A program made the translations under genes and the position numbers. A DNA stretch of 64,000 nt from assembly GCA_047285535.1 (NCBI GenBank), contig JBJBDC010000001.1:2080136-2144135 (forward strand), read 5' to 3'. Source of the DNA: Synechococcus sp. Lineage in GTDB: Bacteria; Cyanobacteriota; Cyanobacteriia; PCC-6307; Cyanobiaceae. Of this stretch, positions 45,362 through 57,912 are shown one piece after another; the stretch's first letter is position 1; every line of letters begins with the position of its first letter. The notes beneath the pieces were generated by a model. It was not told where the DNA came from. It worked only from the letters and a program-made list of their open reading frames with translations, and ran no database searches.

Positions 45362-46492
45362 TTGTCCACCAGCTCCCCATCGACGGGATCAGCCCCGATC
45401 CGCTGGAGCGGCGGCAATGACCTCTTGCGTCTTTATCTGCAAGACATCGGTCGGGTGGATCTGCTCACTGCAGAAGAAGAGGTAACCCTGTCGCGCCTCG
45501 TACAGCAATACGAGCGCCTCAAACGTGAAGAACGCCAATTAGCAGCAGAGCATCCTGAAATCGAAAAACTGCAGTACCTGGAGGAACTGCAGCAGAGAGA
45601 GGCCAACCATCTTTCGCACTGGCCAACAAGGCAGGAATGGGCAAAGGCCGCCGAGATGCCTTTACAAGAGCTGAACCGAACACTGAATCAGGGCTACGAG
45701 ACCTGGGCAAATCTCATCACCACCGACAGCCGAGAGCTGCAACAACGTCTACGAAGAGGCCGTAAGGCCCGAGACCGCATGATTCAGGCCAATCTTCGCT
45801 TGGTGGTTGCAGTGGCAAAAAAATACCAACATCGAGGCATGGAACTGCTGGACCTGGTGCAAGAGGGCACTCTTGGCCTTGAAAGAGCGGTCGAAAAATT
45901 TGATTCAACACGAGGGTTTCGGTTCAGTACCTACTCCTACTGGTGGATTCGCCAGGGAATCACACGGGCAATCGCTACACAAAGCCGAACAATCCGGTTG
46001 CCTGTTCACATCACCGAAAAACTCAACCGAATCAAGCGGGTTCAGCAAGAGATCGCCAGCAATGAAGGACGCACCGCTTCGGTGACGGATCTAGCGAGAG
46101 AACTAAGTGTCAGCGAAGACACCGTGCGTCAAACGCTGGCTCGAGTTCCGCGATCAGTCTCGCTGGAAACAAAGGTGGGTCGTGATCAAGACACCCAGCT
46201 TGGAGAGCTGCTGGAAGACGGTCATGCCACACCGGAACAAACCCTGACCCGCGATGCACTTCACGATGACCTCGAACATCTGCTCGAAGAGCTAACCCCG
46301 CGAGAAGCAACAGTGATTCGCTTTCGCTTTGGACTCGAAGACGACACCCCACGCACGCTCGCCCAGATTGGCGAAGACATGAACCTCTCCAGAGAAAGGG
46401 TGCGTCAGATCGAAACCCGTGCCCTCCTAAAACTCAGGCAGCCCCAGCGTCGTTGCAAAGTGCGTGACTATATCCAGACACTGGATTCCTGA
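45362..46492 (+). CDS. Group 2 RpoD-like sigma-70 factor
   Basis: LYLQDIGR, ANLRLVV, FSTYSYWWIRQGI, SRERVRQIE; no region 1.1. Confidence 0.93.
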   Translation: MSTSSPSTGSAPIRWSGGNDLLRLYLQDIGRVDLLTAEEEVTLSRLVQQYERLKREERQLAAEHPEIEKLQYLEELQQREANHLSHWPTRQEWAKAAEMPLQELNRTLNQGYETWANLITTDSRELQQRLRRGRKARDRMIQANLRLVVAVAKKYQHRGMELLDLVQEGTLGLERAVEKFDSTRGFRFSTYSYWWIRQGITRAIATQSRTIRLPVHITEKLNRIKRVQQEIASNEGRTASVTDLARELSVSEDTVRQTLARVPRSVSLETKVGRDQDTQLGELLEDGHATPEQTLTRDALHDDLEHLLEELTPREATVIRFRFGLEDDTPRTLAQIGEDMNLSRERVRQIETRALLKLRQPQRRCKVRDYIQTLDS

Positions 46493-46831
46493 ACCAACAA
46501 ACCGTTCAAAATCATTCAATGCGTGGCTCAAGGCCAAACAGAGTGATGATCATCTCAGACGCAGAACTGGAGAGAATCGCTGCCTGAATCAATCTCCTTG
46601 CCAACACCGACTGACGGCAAAACCCAAGGTTTTGACTGGAACGCGACCTTACCGATGATCATCACGATGCGCCTGATGTTGATGGACTACTCAACCTGCT
46701 GTTCAATGCCCTGAACGTCATGGAAGACAGAGACGGGCTCATGGCGAGGCCCGCGTCAACCACCACGAAAAGCACCACGGATCAGAAGTGATCGCACGGC
46801 TACGGGTTGACGGACTACAGCGGTAAATTGA

Positions 46832-49128
<2,297 letters not shown>

Positions 49129-49477
49129 TTCCCACCGTTCTGCCATGTTGTACCAATGATCTCTGCGGTACAGCAGGGAGAAGGAAGGATCGAAAAACCC
49201 GCGAGGAATGACAACACCAGTTCGCTACTCGAACAGATGAAGCTTTCGATCCTTGCGTCGAAAGCGACCCTATCAACACACAACTCAGATTGATCTTGGC
49301 TTAGTGAGAACGAGAACCTTTCGAATCAACGAACGTGTCCCAGGTCTATAGAAGCCTGGAAAGACTTAATCTGAAACTGACAGAGAGCAGCTCCGCTGTT
49401 CAACGACATGAGTTCGTCATCAACTGCTTCAGCGAGTTGCGGATCAGTCTCGACCTAACTGAATGCATGACTTATAA

Positions 49478-50245
49478 ATGTGGATTATGAATAATTTTCG
49501 GCCAGATATCGAAGCAAAGATCAGTGCTCTTGGCGGCAACACAATCGACCTCCTTAGAAGCACCGGCCTATTGAGGCAATTAATCCGTCGTTTACTCATC
49601 GAGGAAACAACCAAGACTTTCAAGCCGCCGGCGGAACAGATTCAGCAAGCGCTGACCGTCCATTGCCAAAAAGAGCAGCTCAACAACGAAGAAGCTCTGA
49701 AGCACTGGCTAGCAGAGCGCTGTATCACTCGGGACGAATTACAACTGCAAGTCAGTCTTCCAATCAAGCTCAACAAACTGGCCATCGATTCCTTTGGAGC
49801 CAAAGCAGAAGCACAATTTCTACAGCGCAAAGCAGCACTCGATCAGGCGACCTACAGCCTGCTGCGTGTGAAGGATTCAGGACTTGCCCATGAGCTCTAT
49901 CTGCAACTAGAAGCAGGTGAAGCGAATTTTGAACACCTGGCGAGCGAATACAGCGCAGGACCTGAGCAGCGCAGTGGTGGCCGGGTTGGGCCAGCCCCCT
50001 TAATACGCGCCCATCCAAAGTTGAGCCAGCGTTTACGAACAGCCACCCCAGGGGTCGTTCTCGAGCCCGTACTGATTGAAGAATGGTGGGTCGTGGCGAG
50101 ACTGGAGGAGCACATCGAGGCCAGCTTTGATGATCAAATGCACCAACGCATGGCAAGCGAACTTCTTGAGCATTGGCTCCAGACCGAGACCAACGAGCTC
50201 GCCAAAACCATCTCCGCCTGCACGAACTCGCAGGACCGTATCTGA
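49478..50245 (+). CDS. PpiC/parvulin-type peptidyl-prolyl isomerase (T1SS-associated)
   Basis: YSLLRV...ELYLQL...FEHLASEYSAGPE...GGRVGP; TGATG overlap with the transporter. Confidence 0.85.
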   Translation: MWIMNNFRPDIEAKISALGGNTIDLLRSTGLLRQLIRRLLIEETTKTFKPPAEQIQQALTVHCQKEQLNNEEALKHWLAERCITRDELQLQVSLPIKLNKLAIDSFGAKAEAQFLQRKAALDQATYSLLRVKDSGLAHELYLQLEAGEANFEHLASEYSAGPEQRSGGRVGPAPLIRAHPKLSQRLRTATPGVVLEPVLIEEWWVVARLEEHIEASFDDQMHQRMASELLEHWLQTETNELAKTISACTNSQDRI

Positions 50246-53199
50246 TGCCCCCAACTTCTTCACCTTCAAATGGTCTGCAGGCCCTCCAGAGGATCTTCTC
50301 TGAACGTGGGGAACTCCTTCGATACGAGATCGGCCAACGTCTTTGTGAGGGCCAATTTATTCCAGGCCAGGTGTTGTTGATCGAAAGGGGCAGTGCCCGT
50401 CTTCTTGGAGAGCAAGAAGGCCGGCTCAGTACCCTCGCCAAACTAGAGGCAGGTGAATTCATTGGTGCTGCTTCGTTATTAAGAGGAGCACCATGCGAAG
50501 AGGTTAGAGCTGCGTCTGAGCTCGTGGCATACCAACTGAGCGACAACGATTTTCTAGACCTCATCCGAGATAACCCAGCAGCAGCTAGTTGCAGGAGTCA
50601 TTTATGGACAGCTGAGTTAGCAGCACTTCTCAGCACTCTTCTGCATCAAACACCAAAACAAACGCGAACGCTGAACAGCTGGCTCCAAGAACTGATGCCA
50701 CAGGCTCAGCTCCTCGATGCCTCTGACGACACTGCGGTCCAAAACGCCTTCAATACCAATCAGCGTCTCTTCCTCGGCGGAGAACCGGCAGAACCAGGCC
50801 ATGGAGAGATGGGGCAAGAGTTCAGAAACGTCAAGGACATCTCAGCTTTACCAGGAGGACTGCATCAACTGCCGTTGCGGCTGATCGCCCTTCCCGATTC
50901 TGCGATCCAAGAGCTCAATGTAGAGGCAACAGCGGAACTCGTTTGCGCCGAAGTCGTCGGGACCATCCCCCCAGCAGACCAAGCCCCTGACCAAGCCATC
51001 CCTACAGCACCTGTCAGGCCACCAGTCAGTCGCTTTAACAGCAACAGTGTTGAGAACCAGAACTTCTTTGTCAGCGGGGAAGGACCGTTGCAGGAAACCC
51101 TCGCCTGCTTCCAGATGCTGGCCAAGCTGATGAAGTTGCCGTTCCGGCGCGACGCCATTGAAAAGGTGCTGCGCGATCAATTGCGTCGCGGCCAAACCCC
51201 AACCCTTCGCTTATGTGGACAGATAGCAGCAAGCCTTGGCTTGCATGTGTCGGGCGCGACGGTTGCAGCGCGGTTCGGCACCCGCTTACAGACACCAACC
51301 ATGATCCCCTGGCAGGGTGGATTCGCTCTCGCAACGCGAAGTGATGAACGCGGTTTGGTACTGGCATCGCCGAGTCAGGGATTCGTAGATCTTCCAGTCT
51401 CAAAACTCGAGGACGTGTTCCCTGAAGGAATCGAGCTATTACTGCTCGATCGCACAAACACCACTCCTGAACAGAATTTTGGACCGGGCTGGTTCTGGCC
51501 GGCGCTCAAGCGGTATCGCAGCGTGTTGATCCAAGTGCTTGCCGCCAGCTTCGTCGTACAGCTGTTCACACTGGCCAATCCATTACTGATCCAGGTGATC
51601 ATCGACAAGGTGATCAACCAGCGCAGCCTTGACACCCTTCAAGTGCTGGGAATCGCCCTTGTTGCAGTGACCATTCTTGAAGGTGTACTTGGAAGTCTCA
51701 AAACATTCCTCTTCGCCGAAACCACCAACCGCATCGACCAACGTCTAGGAGCAGAAGTCATTGACCACCTTTTACGCCTGCCACTTGGCTATTTCGATAA
51801 GCGCCCCGTTGGAGAACTGGGCTCGAGGATCAGCGAACTCGAAAAGATCCGCAACTTCCTGACGGGTCAGGCCCTCACCACACTTCTTGATGCCGCTTTC
51901 TCGGTGATCTACATCGTTGTGATGCTGTTTTACAGCTGGGTGCTGACACTCATCGCCCTTGCCGTATTGCCGATTCAGGTTGGTCTCACTCTGCTTGGTG
52001 CACCCCTGTTCAGGCGTCAATACCGACAAGCAGCGGAAGCTAACGCCAAAACCCAGAGCCACTTAGTGGAGGTACTGACTGGAATCCAGACCGTCAAGAG
52101 TCAGAACGTGGAAATGGTGAGCCGCTACACGTGGCAGGAGCGCTACGCCGAGTACATCAGCCGCACTTTTGAAAAAACAATCAGCGGAACAGCACTAAGC
52201 CAAACCTCCCAGGTGCTGCAAAAAATCTCTCAGCTCTTGGTGCTGTGGGTCGGGGCAACTCTGGTTCTCTCCGGTGATCTGACCCTGGGACAACTGATCG
52301 CATTCCGAATCATTTCCGGTTATGTCACCCAACCACTACTTCGCCTTTCAACCATCTGGCAAAGCATCCAGGAACTGAAGGTGAGCTTTGAAAGACTCGC
52401 TGATGTGATCGATACACCGCAAGAGTCAAACGAACTCGACAAAGCGAAAGTGCCACTCCCCTCTCTTCAGGGAGACGTGAGCTTCGAAAACCTCACGTTT
52501 GCATTCAGCAAGGGTTCGGCACCGGTTCTCAATAATATCGATTTAAACATCAAGGCTGGAACCTTCGTAGGAATCGTGGGGCAGAGCGGCAGCGGTAAGA
52601 GCACACTGATGAAACTGCTCCCTAGGCTCTATGCCCCTGATGAAGGAAGGATCCTGATCGATGGCTACGACATCGACAAAGTGGAACTGTATTCACTACG
52701 TCGCCAGATTGGTATCGTGCCTCAGGATCCACTGTTGTTCTCAGGCAGCGTAAGCGAAAACATCGCCCTCACCCAGCCTGATGTCTCAAGCGAGACGATC
52801 GTGACAGCCGCCAAGATCGCCTGCGCCCATGACTTCATCATGCAACTACCGAGCGGTTACTCCACACCTGTGGGTGAACGTGGAGCATCACTCAGTGGTG
52901 GACAACGACAACGAATCGCCATTGCCCGAACGCTGCTCGCCAATCCAAAACTTCTAGTGATGGATGAAGCCACCAGCGCGCTGGACTACGAAACTGAGCG
53001 CAAGGTTTGCGACAACTTGATCAATACATTGCAGGACTGCACCGTGTTCTTCATTACGCACCGCCTATCCACCGTGCGCAGAGCCGAGCGGATCGTGGTG
53101 ATGCATCAGGGAGCCCTTGCTGAACAAGGATCACACGATGAATTGATGGAAAAACGCGGCCGATACTTCGCCCTTTACCGACAGCAGGAGGCCAGCTGA
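50245..53199 (+). CDS. Type I secretion ABC transporter (HlyB-like) with cNMP-binding and C39-like domains
   Basis: N-terminal cNMP-like domain, degenerate C39 region, ABC TM domain, GQSGSGKS, LSGGQRQ, MDEATSALD. Confidence 0.92.
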   Translation: MPPTSSPSNGLQALQRIFSERGELLRYEIGQRLCEGQFIPGQVLLIERGSARLLGEQEGRLSTLAKLEAGEFIGAASLLRGAPCEEVRAASELVAYQLSDNDFLDLIRDNPAAASCRSHLWTAELAALLSTLLHQTPKQTRTLNSWLQELMPQAQLLDASDDTAVQNAFNTNQRLFLGGEPAEPGHGEMGQEFRNVKDISALPGGLHQLPLRLIALPDSAIQELNVEATAELVCAEVVGTIPPADQAPDQAIPTAPVRPPVSRFNSNSVENQNFFVSGEGPLQETLACFQMLAKLMKLPFRRDAIEKVLRDQLRRGQTPTLRLCGQIAASLGLHVSGATVAARFGTRLQTPTMIPWQGGFALATRSDERGLVLASPSQGFVDLPVSKLEDVFPEGIELLLLDRTNTTPEQNFGPGWFWPALKRYRSVLIQVLAASFVVQLFTLANPLLIQVIIDKVINQRSLDTLQVLGIALVAVTILEGVLGSLKTFLFAETTNRIDQRLGAEVIDHLLRLPLGYFDKRPVGELGSRISELEKIRNFLTGQALTTLLDAAFSVIYIVVMLFYSWVLTLIALAVLPIQVGLTLLGAPLFRRQYRQAAEANAKTQSHLVEVLTGIQTVKSQNVEMVSRYTWQERYAEYISRTFEKTISGTALSQTSQVLQKISQLLVLWVGATLVLSGDLTLGQLIAFRIISGYVTQPLLRLSTIWQSIQELKVSFERLADVIDTPQESNELDKAKVPLPSLQGDVSFENLTFAFSKGSAPVLNNIDLNIKAGTFVGIVGQSGSGKSTLMKLLPRLYAPDEGRILIDGYDIDKVELYSLRRQIGIVPQDPLLFSGSVSENIALTQPDVSSETIVTAAKIACAHDFIMQLPSGYSTPVGERGASLSGGQRQRIAIARTLLANPKLLVMDEATSALDYETERKVCDNLINTLQDCTVFFITHRLSTVRRAERIVVMHQGALAEQGSHDELMEKRGRYFALYRQQEAS

Positions 53200-53202
53200 A
53201 TC

Positions 53203-54453
53203 ATGACTGACCCAAACAAATATCCTGAGAAGAGCAGCAGCACTAACCCGATTGGGAATCTGATTCGCCAAGCCCAGAACAAGCTCGAAAGCAGCGTCAG
53301 CAGTGCGGATCACAACGAAGGCGTCCTTCAGCAAAGTCAGGTGTGGGTCAAAGCTGTGACCTGGAGCCTGATCGGCACAACCTTATTCGGCATCGCTTGG
53401 CTGGGGATCGCACGCACTGAAGAAGTGGTGGTAGCCACAGGAAAACTCGAACCTGTTGGCAACGTCAAAGAGATACGAATCCCAGCGGGCGCCGTAGTGG
53501 AAGACATCCTGGTCAAAAATGGTGAACAGGTGAGCAAGGACCAAGCTCTGATTCTGCTTGATCAGGAGAGTACAGCCGAACAGCTCAATTCACTCGAACA
53601 AGGTCTCAAGGAGAAAACATCGCAAATCGTCCAGAAACAGGAACAGTTATCCCTCAAAAAACTGGAAAGAGATCGCACCTTCGAACTCAATCGTGAACAA
53701 CTTGCAACTACCCGAGATAATTTGGCACTTGAAAATCAGATTTTAGATCGACTTCAAAGTCTAGCCAAACAGGGAGGCATACCAGACATCCAATACTTGC
53801 AGCAACGAAACAAAGTACATGGCCTAAGAGGAGAATTAACGAAGTTAGAAATTGAAGGCAAGCGCCAGATCAATCAAATCAACCAACAGATTGAACAAAT
53901 CAATGCCGAACTGGCTGGTCTCCGCAGTGAACGTGCTCAGCTCAATGCCAATCTTACTGAAGTGAAAGTAACTAACAAGAATCAGACCCTGCGAGCACCG
54001 GTCAGTGGCATTGTCTTTGATTTGCAGCTGAACAACCCTGGTTACATCTCGCAAGCACAATCGTCTGAAGCCATGTTGAAGATAGTGCCTTTTAACACCC
54101 TGGAAGCCGATGTAGAGATTCCCAGCAACAAAATCGGGTTTGTGCGCACTGGCCAACCAGCTGAAATCAGCATTGATTCTTTCCCCTCCAGTGATTTTGG
54201 AGTGCTGGAAGGAACAGTCATATCGGTGGGCTCGGATGCACTCCCACCAGATCAACAAAAGATGCGTCAGGGCTACTCCTACCCTGCAGCCATCAAACTA
54301 GATAGTCAGCAATTAAAAATAAAAAACGGAACGTCGTTGCCATTGCAAGTAGGCATGTCTCTTACCGCCAATATCAAACTACGAAGCGTTAGCTATTTGC
54401 AATTACTTCTAAACACTTTCCAAAGCAAAACCGACTCGCTGCGAGAACTCTGA
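53203..54453 (+). CDS. HlyD-family membrane fusion protein
   Basis: TM, ATGKLEP, long coiled coil, LRAPVSG, IGFV, LQVGMSLTANIK. Confidence 0.92.
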   Translation: MTDPNKYPEKSSSTNPIGNLIRQAQNKLESSVSSADHNEGVLQQSQVWVKAVTWSLIGTTLFGIAWLGIARTEEVVVATGKLEPVGNVKEIRIPAGAVVEDILVKNGEQVSKDQALILLDQESTAEQLNSLEQGLKEKTSQIVQKQEQLSLKKLERDRTFELNREQLATTRDNLALENQILDRLQSLAKQGGIPDIQYLQQRNKVHGLRGELTKLEIEGKRQINQINQQIEQINAELAGLRSERAQLNANLTEVKVTNKNQTLRAPVSGIVFDLQLNNPGYISQAQSSEAMLKIVPFNTLEADVEIPSNKIGFVRTGQPAEISIDSFPSSDFGVLEGTVISVGSDALPPDQQKMRQGYSYPAAIKLDSQQLKIKNGTSLPLQVGMSLTANIKLRSVSYLQLLLNTFQSKTDSLREL

Positions 54454-54456
54454 AGA

Positions 54457-54978
54457 TCAAAGCGGTAAAGCTTCTTGCTGCTTGGTCTCAGCCTTCCACA
54501 CTCGCCAGCGCAACTCCATCCCGTCGGGTAAATCAACAACAATTGGCCAAGATGCGTTGTAGGGAATGAGATAAGGCTGTTTGCCAAGGGACAAAAAAGA
54601 ACGGCTTATCGATTGATTCGGAGTACAAGCCTTACGCGTGCTCAAGACAATCACCGGCCCCCTAACCTCAAACAAAGCCTTACCAGAGGCCTTAGGGAGC
54701 CGACGCATCGATAGGGACGACCCCGACAAACGCTTGATGTTGCAATCAACATCCACTTCTTTCCCCACGATGAGTTGAATGCGCCAATCGATGGGATTGG
54801 AAGAGATCATGGCATCGTCACTCTTCGGCAGCAGTCCGGAGGGCTGGATCACCCAACGGTTCAAGCCTCCTCTGGGTGCTGGGTATCCACTCAGATCAAG
54901 ACGAGGAATCGCCACAGCAGCATCACTGAGCGCCACGAACAACAGAGGAAGTGCAAACCTCCACAGACCCATCGTCAT
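54457..54978 (-). CDS. Ecotin-family protein
   Basis: Signal peptide, YPAP...RWVI, IQLIVGK...[28 protein letters not shown]. Confidence 0.8.
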   Translation of the reverse strand: MTMGLWRFALPLLFVALSDAAVAIPRLDLSGYPAPRGGLNRWVIQPSGLLPKSDDAMISSNPIDWRIQLIVGKEVDVDCNIKRLSGSSLSMRRLPKASGKALFEVRGPVIVLSTRKACTPNQSISRSFLSLGKQPYLIPYNASWPIVVDLPDGMELRWRVWKAETKQQEALPL

Positions 54979-55004
54979 ACCCAAAGGGCAACAGAATGCC
55001 CAGC

Positions 55005-55685
55005 ATGACCGATTCCACCGCGATTGCCCTGCTCTCGGGCGGGCTTGATTCCGCAACAGCTGCTGCCCTGGCCATGAAATCAGGCTTCCGCGTGATTGGG
55101 TTGTCCTTTGATTACGGCCAGCGTCACCATCGTGAACTCGATGCCGCAGCTGACGTCGCCAAGGCTCTGAATCTCTCGGAGCACCACATCATCCAGGTGA
55201 ATCTTGCGAGTTGGGGAGGTTCCTCTCTGACCGATCACAACCAGGCACTGCCAACAGGAGGCGTGCAGGAGGGTGTGATTCCAAACACGTATGTTCCAGG
55301 GCGAAACACCGTCTTTATTTCGATTGGACTCAGCCTTGCCGAAGCACGAGCAGCTGATCGCTTGGTCCTGGGCGTTAATGCTGTGGACTACTCGGGCTAT
55401 CCCGACTGCCGACCGGATTACTTGAAGGCGTTTCAGGCTTTAGCTGATCTCAGCAGCCGCGCTGGTAGAGAAGGCCATGGTCCAAAGCTGTGGGCACCTT
55501 TGGTGGAGTGGACTAAACAACAAATTGCAGAAGAAGCACTACTGCTGGGTGTTCCGATCGAACGCACCTGGAGTTGCTACAGCGGCGGTAGCGAGCCCTG
55601 TGGGGTGTGCGACAGCTGTCGAATCCGTGATGAGGCTTTGCTCGCCATCGGACGACCAGATCTTTGCAGTCCTGGCTGTCCATGA
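55005..55685 (+). CDS. queC: 7-cyano-7-deazaguanine synthase QueC
   Basis: [36 protein letters not shown]. Alternative ATG at 54996. Confidence 0.96.
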   Translation: MTDSTAIALLSGGLDSATAAALAMKSGFRVIGLSFDYGQRHHRELDAAADVAKALNLSEHHIIQVNLASWGGSSLTDHNQALPTGGVQEGVIPNTYVPGRNTVFISIGLSLAEARAADRLVLGVNAVDYSGYPDCRPDYLKAFQALADLSSRAGREGHGPKLWAPLVEWTKQQIAEEALLLGVPIERTWSCYSGGSEPCGVCDSCRIRDEALLAIGRPDLCSPGCP

Positions 55686-57025
55686 ACTCCAATGAAACCA
55701 ACAGCGAAGAGCTGATCCGCAGCGCCCACCCCTGGACCGATCCTCAAGTGGTGGCATCGGCCTTAATTCAGGACCATGGTGAAGCCGGTTTGATCTGGCT
55801 CGATGGTGACGGAAGCGAACTCGGCCGTTGGCTCACCCTGGCCGTTAACCCTCTTGAACAAATCTGTTGCCGAGGTTTACCAGGGGAAAAGGGCGCCACC
55901 AATCCATTCCAAGCTCTAAGGTCGCTGACTCCAGGTCACTGGACAGGCTGGCTGAGTTATGACTCCGCATCCTGGCTGGAACCGAAAAATTCGTGGCGAA
56001 CCGATGCCATGGCGAGTCTCTGGATGGGACGGCATGACCCCGTTCTGCGCTTCGACCTACAACAACAAGAGGTTTGGATTGAAGGAACCGATGCCAAACG
56101 CCATGCCGAAATGGAACGCTGGTTTCTTGGTTTTGATCGGAGCGTGAATGAAACCAATGATCGAGGCCAGCATGCCAAACCCATTCACACATCGTGGGTG
56201 CGCCATAGCGACAGGAATGACTATGCAGCGGGTGTGCAACGAATCCGTGAGCTGATCGCCATTGGTGATCTTTTTCAGGCCAATCTCACCAGCTGCGCAC
56301 ACACCATTTTGCAGCAGCCCATCAGCAATCTGGATCTCTTTCTACGTTTGCGTCAGCGCTGCCCTGCCCCCTTTGCTGGATTGGTCGTTGCCAGTGGTGA
56401 AGCCCACGGAGAAGCGCTTCTATCGACCTCACCGGAACGATTCATGGAAGTATTGCCGAATGGTGCCGTACAAACAAGACCCATCAAGGGAACACGCCCT
56501 CGTGATCCAGACCCACAACGCGATGCTGATCATGCCGCTGAATTGATCTGCAGTGAAAAAGACCGTGCCGAAAACGTGATGATCGTCGACTTGCTCCGCA
56601 ATGACTTAGGCAGGGTCTGCGTACCAGGCAGTATTGAGGTCTCTGAATTAGTCAATCTCGAGAGCTATGCCCAAGTCCATCACCTCACATCGGTCGTCAA
56701 AGGTCAACTCCGAGTCGACAGGAACTGGGTAGACCTTCTGGAAGCGAGCTGGCCAGGAGGTTCCATCAGTGGAGCCCCAAAACTAAGAGCGTGTCAAAGG
56801 CTCCAGGAATTAGAGCCTAAGGGTCGCGGTCCTTACTGTGGCTCCTTGCTGAATATCAATTGGGATGGGCGTTTAGACAGTAATATTCTGATCCGCACCG
56901 TGCTTCGCAAAGGGCAAGAGCTTCGGGTGCATGCAGGCTGTGGAATTGTCGCCGACTCTGATCCTCAAGCGGAAGCCGACGAACTCGATTGGAAACTGCT
57001 GCCACTTTTAGAGGCACTTGAGTGA
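55682..57025 (+). CDS. pabB: Aminodeoxychorismate synthase component I (chorismate-binding)
   Basis: [43 protein letters not shown]. Confidence 0.85.
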   Translation: MNSNETNSEELIRSAHPWTDPQVVASALIQDHGEAGLIWLDGDGSELGRWLTLAVNPLEQICCRGLPGEKGATNPFQALRSLTPGHWTGWLSYDSASWLEPKNSWRTDAMASLWMGRHDPVLRFDLQQQEVWIEGTDAKRHAEMERWFLGFDRSVNETNDRGQHAKPIHTSWVRHSDRNDYAAGVQRIRELIAIGDLFQANLTSCAHTILQQPISNLDLFLRLRQRCPAPFAGLVVASGEAHGEALLSTSPERFMEVLPNGAVQTRPIKGTRPRDPDPQRDADHAAELICSEKDRAENVMIVDLLRNDLGRVCVPGSIEVSELVNLESYAQVHHLTSVVKGQLRVDRNWVDLLEASWPGGSISGAPKLRACQRLQELEPKGRGPYCGSLLNINWDGRLDSNILIRTVLRKGQELRVHAGCGIVADSDPQAEADELDWKLLPLLEALE

Positions 57026-57870
57026 CCACAACCGAACGACGCAGATCAATTGCTTGGATCAACGGCTGTTGGGGCCATCCAACAGACCTAACGGTTCCGC
57101 TCAGCGACCGCGGCCTCCAACTGGCCGATGGGCTATTTGAAACCATTTTGGTTCATGAGCAAAGGCCGTGTTTACTGGACGCACACCTGCTGCGCTGGAG
57201 GGAGAGTGCTGCACTTTTAGGAATGGCACCGCCACCCCAAAGACCATGGCTGGATTCATTGATTCAGGAAGCCATCCAACGGGTTGGGCTTGCCAAGCAG
57301 GAAGGGGCCCTTCGCTTGAACTGGAGTCGAGGTGATGGATGCAAACGAGGCATCGGACTTGACGAAAACCCACCCACTGCATCACGACACCGCTTTTGGT
57401 TGACGTTACACGTCCATACCCCGACTTTTGAAACCGTACGCACTTGGATCAGTCGCCATGAATACCGGCATGTCTCAAGTTTGCTCAGTCGATGTAAAAC
57501 CCTCTCCTATGGCCAATCGATCCAAGTCCGACGGGAGGCTCAGCAGAGAGGAGGTGACGAAGGTCTGATGCTCAGCAGCAATGGTGCGCTTTGCTGTGGA
57601 AGCACTGCGAATCTTCTTGTACAACGCCATGGCCGATGGCTCACACCCCCCTTAAGCGATGGCTGTTTAGCTGGAGTGATGCGGGCAGAGTCCATCAGAC
57701 GAGGGCTTGTCCATGAGCAATCCCTTTCACCAAAACCTCAACCAGATGACCAATGGTTGTTGATCAATAGCCTTAGCTGCCATCCAATTAGTCACTTGAA
57801 CAATGAGCCACTGAAGATCAACGGAGAAGCCGAGGCTTTTTGGCGATCTCTGCTTCACTCTCATCCTTAG
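57022..57870 (+). CDS. pabC: Class IV aminotransferase (ADC lyase-like)
   Basis: DRGLQLADGLFET, CKTLSY, TPPLSDGCLAGV; follows pabB. Confidence 0.75.
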   Translation: MTTTERRRSIAWINGCWGHPTDLTVPLSDRGLQLADGLFETILVHEQRPCLLDAHLLRWRESAALLGMAPPPQRPWLDSLIQEAIQRVGLAKQEGALRLNWSRGDGCKRGIGLDENPPTASRHRFWLTLHVHTPTFETVRTWISRHEYRHVSSLLSRCKTLSYGQSIQVRREAQQRGGDEGLMLSSNGALCCGSTANLLVQRHGRWLTPPLSDGCLAGVMRAESIRRGLVHEQSLSPKPQPDDQWLLINSLSCHPISHLNNEPLKINGEAEAFWRSLLHSHP

Positions 57871-57912
57871 AAATCATTGTCATTGTGATCACGACAGGAC
57901 GCAATAGGTGAT

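Noticed and set aside
49129..49477. Possible T1SS cargo peptide upstream of the PpiC gene
   Set aside because: Only short interrupted frames, with no double-Gly leader or RTX repeat.
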